A stretch of DNA of 52,277 nt from a virus (taxonomy: Duplodnaviria > Caudoviricetes), in the IMG/VR virus record IMGVR_UViG_3300020172_002521, positions 1-52,277 of that record; one strand, given 5' to 3'. Below, one piece after another: positions 50,894 through 52,277 of this stretch (position 1 is its first letter; each line of letters opens with the position of its first letter). Both the position numbers and the translations under genes were made by a program. Under the pieces are notes generated by a model. It was not told the origin of the DNA. It saw only the letters and a list, made by a program, of their open reading frames with translations, and searched no databases.

Positions 50894-50922
50894 ATTGTAT
50901 AGTAAAAACTGCTGGCTGTCAA
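50894..50922 (-). promoter_or_regulatory. sigma70-type promoter driving the RNA units and vWA gene
   Basis: TTGACA-N17-TACAAT. Confidence 0.8.
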
Positions 50923-50951
50923 CAGTTTTTTGGACTTTTTTATCCAAATAT

Positions 50952-51542
50952 TCAAAACTCTAGAGGAGTTTTAAATCGAACACTGATCATAATTCTAGCC
51001 TCATCTGTGGTGTTAAAAACACTATGTGGGACCTGAGTATTAAAAAAAGCTGCCTTGGTTAAAAAAAATCTTTCAACTTCTTCAGTTTGATCACTGTCAT
51101 AATAGTAAAATGGATCACCGTGGTCTTGATAGATTACTTTTGGCTCACAATCCTGATCTTTTAATTTGTAAAAAATACTTGGTATTTTATCGCAATTATA
51201 AATTGGGATATTTAAGGCATAAGGATTGTCCTTCATATCCCAGTCAATATGTGTCGGTAATTTATCATGAGGTGCTACAACAATCATAGCAATGTAATAT
51301 ATATCGGTCCAAGGTTTAATGCTTTGAACTGCTTGTACTAATGGTTTACATAATGCAAATTGTTTTTCAGGTAACGATTTAAACACTGTGTATTTTTTTA
51401 CATCGTCGGGGACATATTCCAAAATAATTCTTGAGATATCTTCAAGATATGGTAAATCAATAAATTTATACCTAGGCCGATCAGATATAGGCATAATCTT
51501 ATGAGTTGATTTTAATTTGTTAATATTTGAAATAGCTACCAT
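50952..51542 (-). CDS. putative 2OG-Fe(II)/AspH-like oxygenase
   Basis: LPTHID...ALNIP...FFNTQVPHSVFN...RIMISVR. Confidence 0.65.
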   Translation of the reverse strand: MVAISNINKLKSTHKIMPISDRPRYKFIDLPYLEDISRIILEYVPDDVKKYTVFKSLPEKQFALCKPLVQAVQSIKPWTDIYYIAMIVVAPHDKLPTHIDWDMKDNPYALNIPIYNCDKIPSIFYKLKDQDCEPKVIYQDHGDPFYYYDSDQTEEVERFFLTKAAFFNTQVPHSVFNTTDEARIMISVRFKTPLEF

Positions 51543-51580
51543 TGTATTCTTTATAATGACATATTATTTACTTTTTGTAA

Positions 51581-51655
51581 TGGCCGGGCTTGCAGGAATC
51601 GAACCCACACCGCTTGTTTCGAAGACAAGCATGATATCCATTTCACCAAAGCCCG
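51581..51655 (-). tRNA. tRNA-Arg(UCG)
   Basis: CGGGCTT/AAGCCCG acceptor; CTTGT-CTTCGAA-ACAAG anticodon arm; GCCA end. Confidence 0.9.
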
Positions 51656-51678
51656 TTAGTATTTGCAAATAGCAAATA

Positions 51679-51752
51679 TGGTGCTCTTACCGAGAATTGA
51701 ACTCAGGATTCAGTCTTACCAAGACTGTGTTATACCACTTAACTATAAGAGC
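51679..51752 (-). tRNA. tRNA-Thr(GGU)
   Basis: GCTCTTA/TAAGAGC acceptor; CAGTC-TTGGTAA-GACTG anticodon arm; CCA encoded. Confidence 0.92.
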
Positions 51753-51757
51753 ACAGG

Positions 51758-52276
51758 TCACATTGTAGGACCGTTGCCGTTCTTGAAGCCCACTGTGCCA
51801 CCTTCTGCTTCGATGCACTTTATTGCATCTTCAAACAAAATGGGAGTAAAATCAGTTTGCTCAACACAGGCACACCAATATCGAGTATCGATCTCGTTGC
51901 TGTACAAGGTTTCACCGGTACGTGCATCAACACCTCGGGCTCGCTTTACACGGCTAGCGTGTAAGTGTCCGTGGATGTTAGTACCAAAGCGACCCAACGA
52001 TGCTTCATGCACAGGGATATGACTCAAGATCATTCCGTTCATAACATGATATGCACGTAACTCTCTAAAATATTTTCCATACTCTACGTCAGGAAAGATA
52101 TCGTGGTTACCGCGGATCAATACTTTGTCTCCGTTCAAGCGAGCTAACGTGGGCAAGGCTCTACGGTTAATAACCACATCACCTAAGTGATAGACCTTGT
52201 CGTTAGGACGTACACGTTCGTTCCAGCGGCGTACCATTTCTTCGTCCATTTCTTCTGGGCTATCCCAGGGCCGTAA
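51758..52276 (-). CDS. calcineurin-like metallophosphoesterase (5' end outside the window)
   Basis: YHLGDV, IRGNHD, LSHIP and NIHGHLH; frame stays open to the window edge. Confidence 0.9.
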   Translation of the reverse strand, partial: LRPWDSPEEMDEEMVRRWNERVRPNDKVYHLGDVVINRRALPTLARLNGDKVLIRGNHDIFPDVEYGKYFRELRAYHVMNGMILSHIPVHEASLGRFGTNIHGHLHASRVKRARGVDARTGETLYSNEIDTRYWCACVEQTDFTPILFEDAIKCIEAEGGTVGFKNGNGPTM

Positions 52277-52277
52277 C

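Noticed and set aside
51663-52022. 119-aa plus-strand ORF
   Set aside because: It is antisense to tRNA-Thr(GGU) and the phosphoesterase
1-52277. Alternative genetic code (stop-codon reassignment) as in some large phages
   Set aside because: Known enzymes and multi-kb structural genes are uninterrupted in the standard code, and coding density is high

Overview
The window looks like a 52-kb segment of a large, AT-rich tailed-phage genome (myovirus/jumbo-phage-like) using the standard genetic code, with genes mostly on the minus strand. 1-17.7 kb is a virion tail/baseplate module: a 2087-aa protein with a T4 gp9/gp10-like N-terminus, a 917-aa structural protein, three Gly-X-Thr collagen-like fibres and a subtilisin-like protease. 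18-38.5 kb holds auxiliary and hypothetical genes behind consensus sigma70 promoters: UvsE, UDP-glucuronate decarboxylase, QueD, ClpP, GalE, four glycosyltransferases, a methyltransferase, lipoproteins and a pair of HExxH proteins. 38.7-48.9 kb is a tRNA-flanked biosynthetic island: two ACPs, AcpS, a ketosynthase, FabZ, a desaturase, a Rieske oxygenase, a PP-loop enzyme, several HxD...H oxygenase-like proteins, and GNAT-like and ABM-like candidates. 49-52.3 kb carries tRNAs, a Ro/TROVE-like vWA protein preceded by two covarying structured RNA units, and a metallophosphoesterase. The strongest candidates for undescribed systems are the phage type II FAS/PKS-like cluster, the vWA protein with its ACAGCAA stem RNAs, and a 102-nt promoter-driven tRNA-like RNA with no canonical anticodon arm. 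All calls come from motif recognition by eye; no database searches were run.
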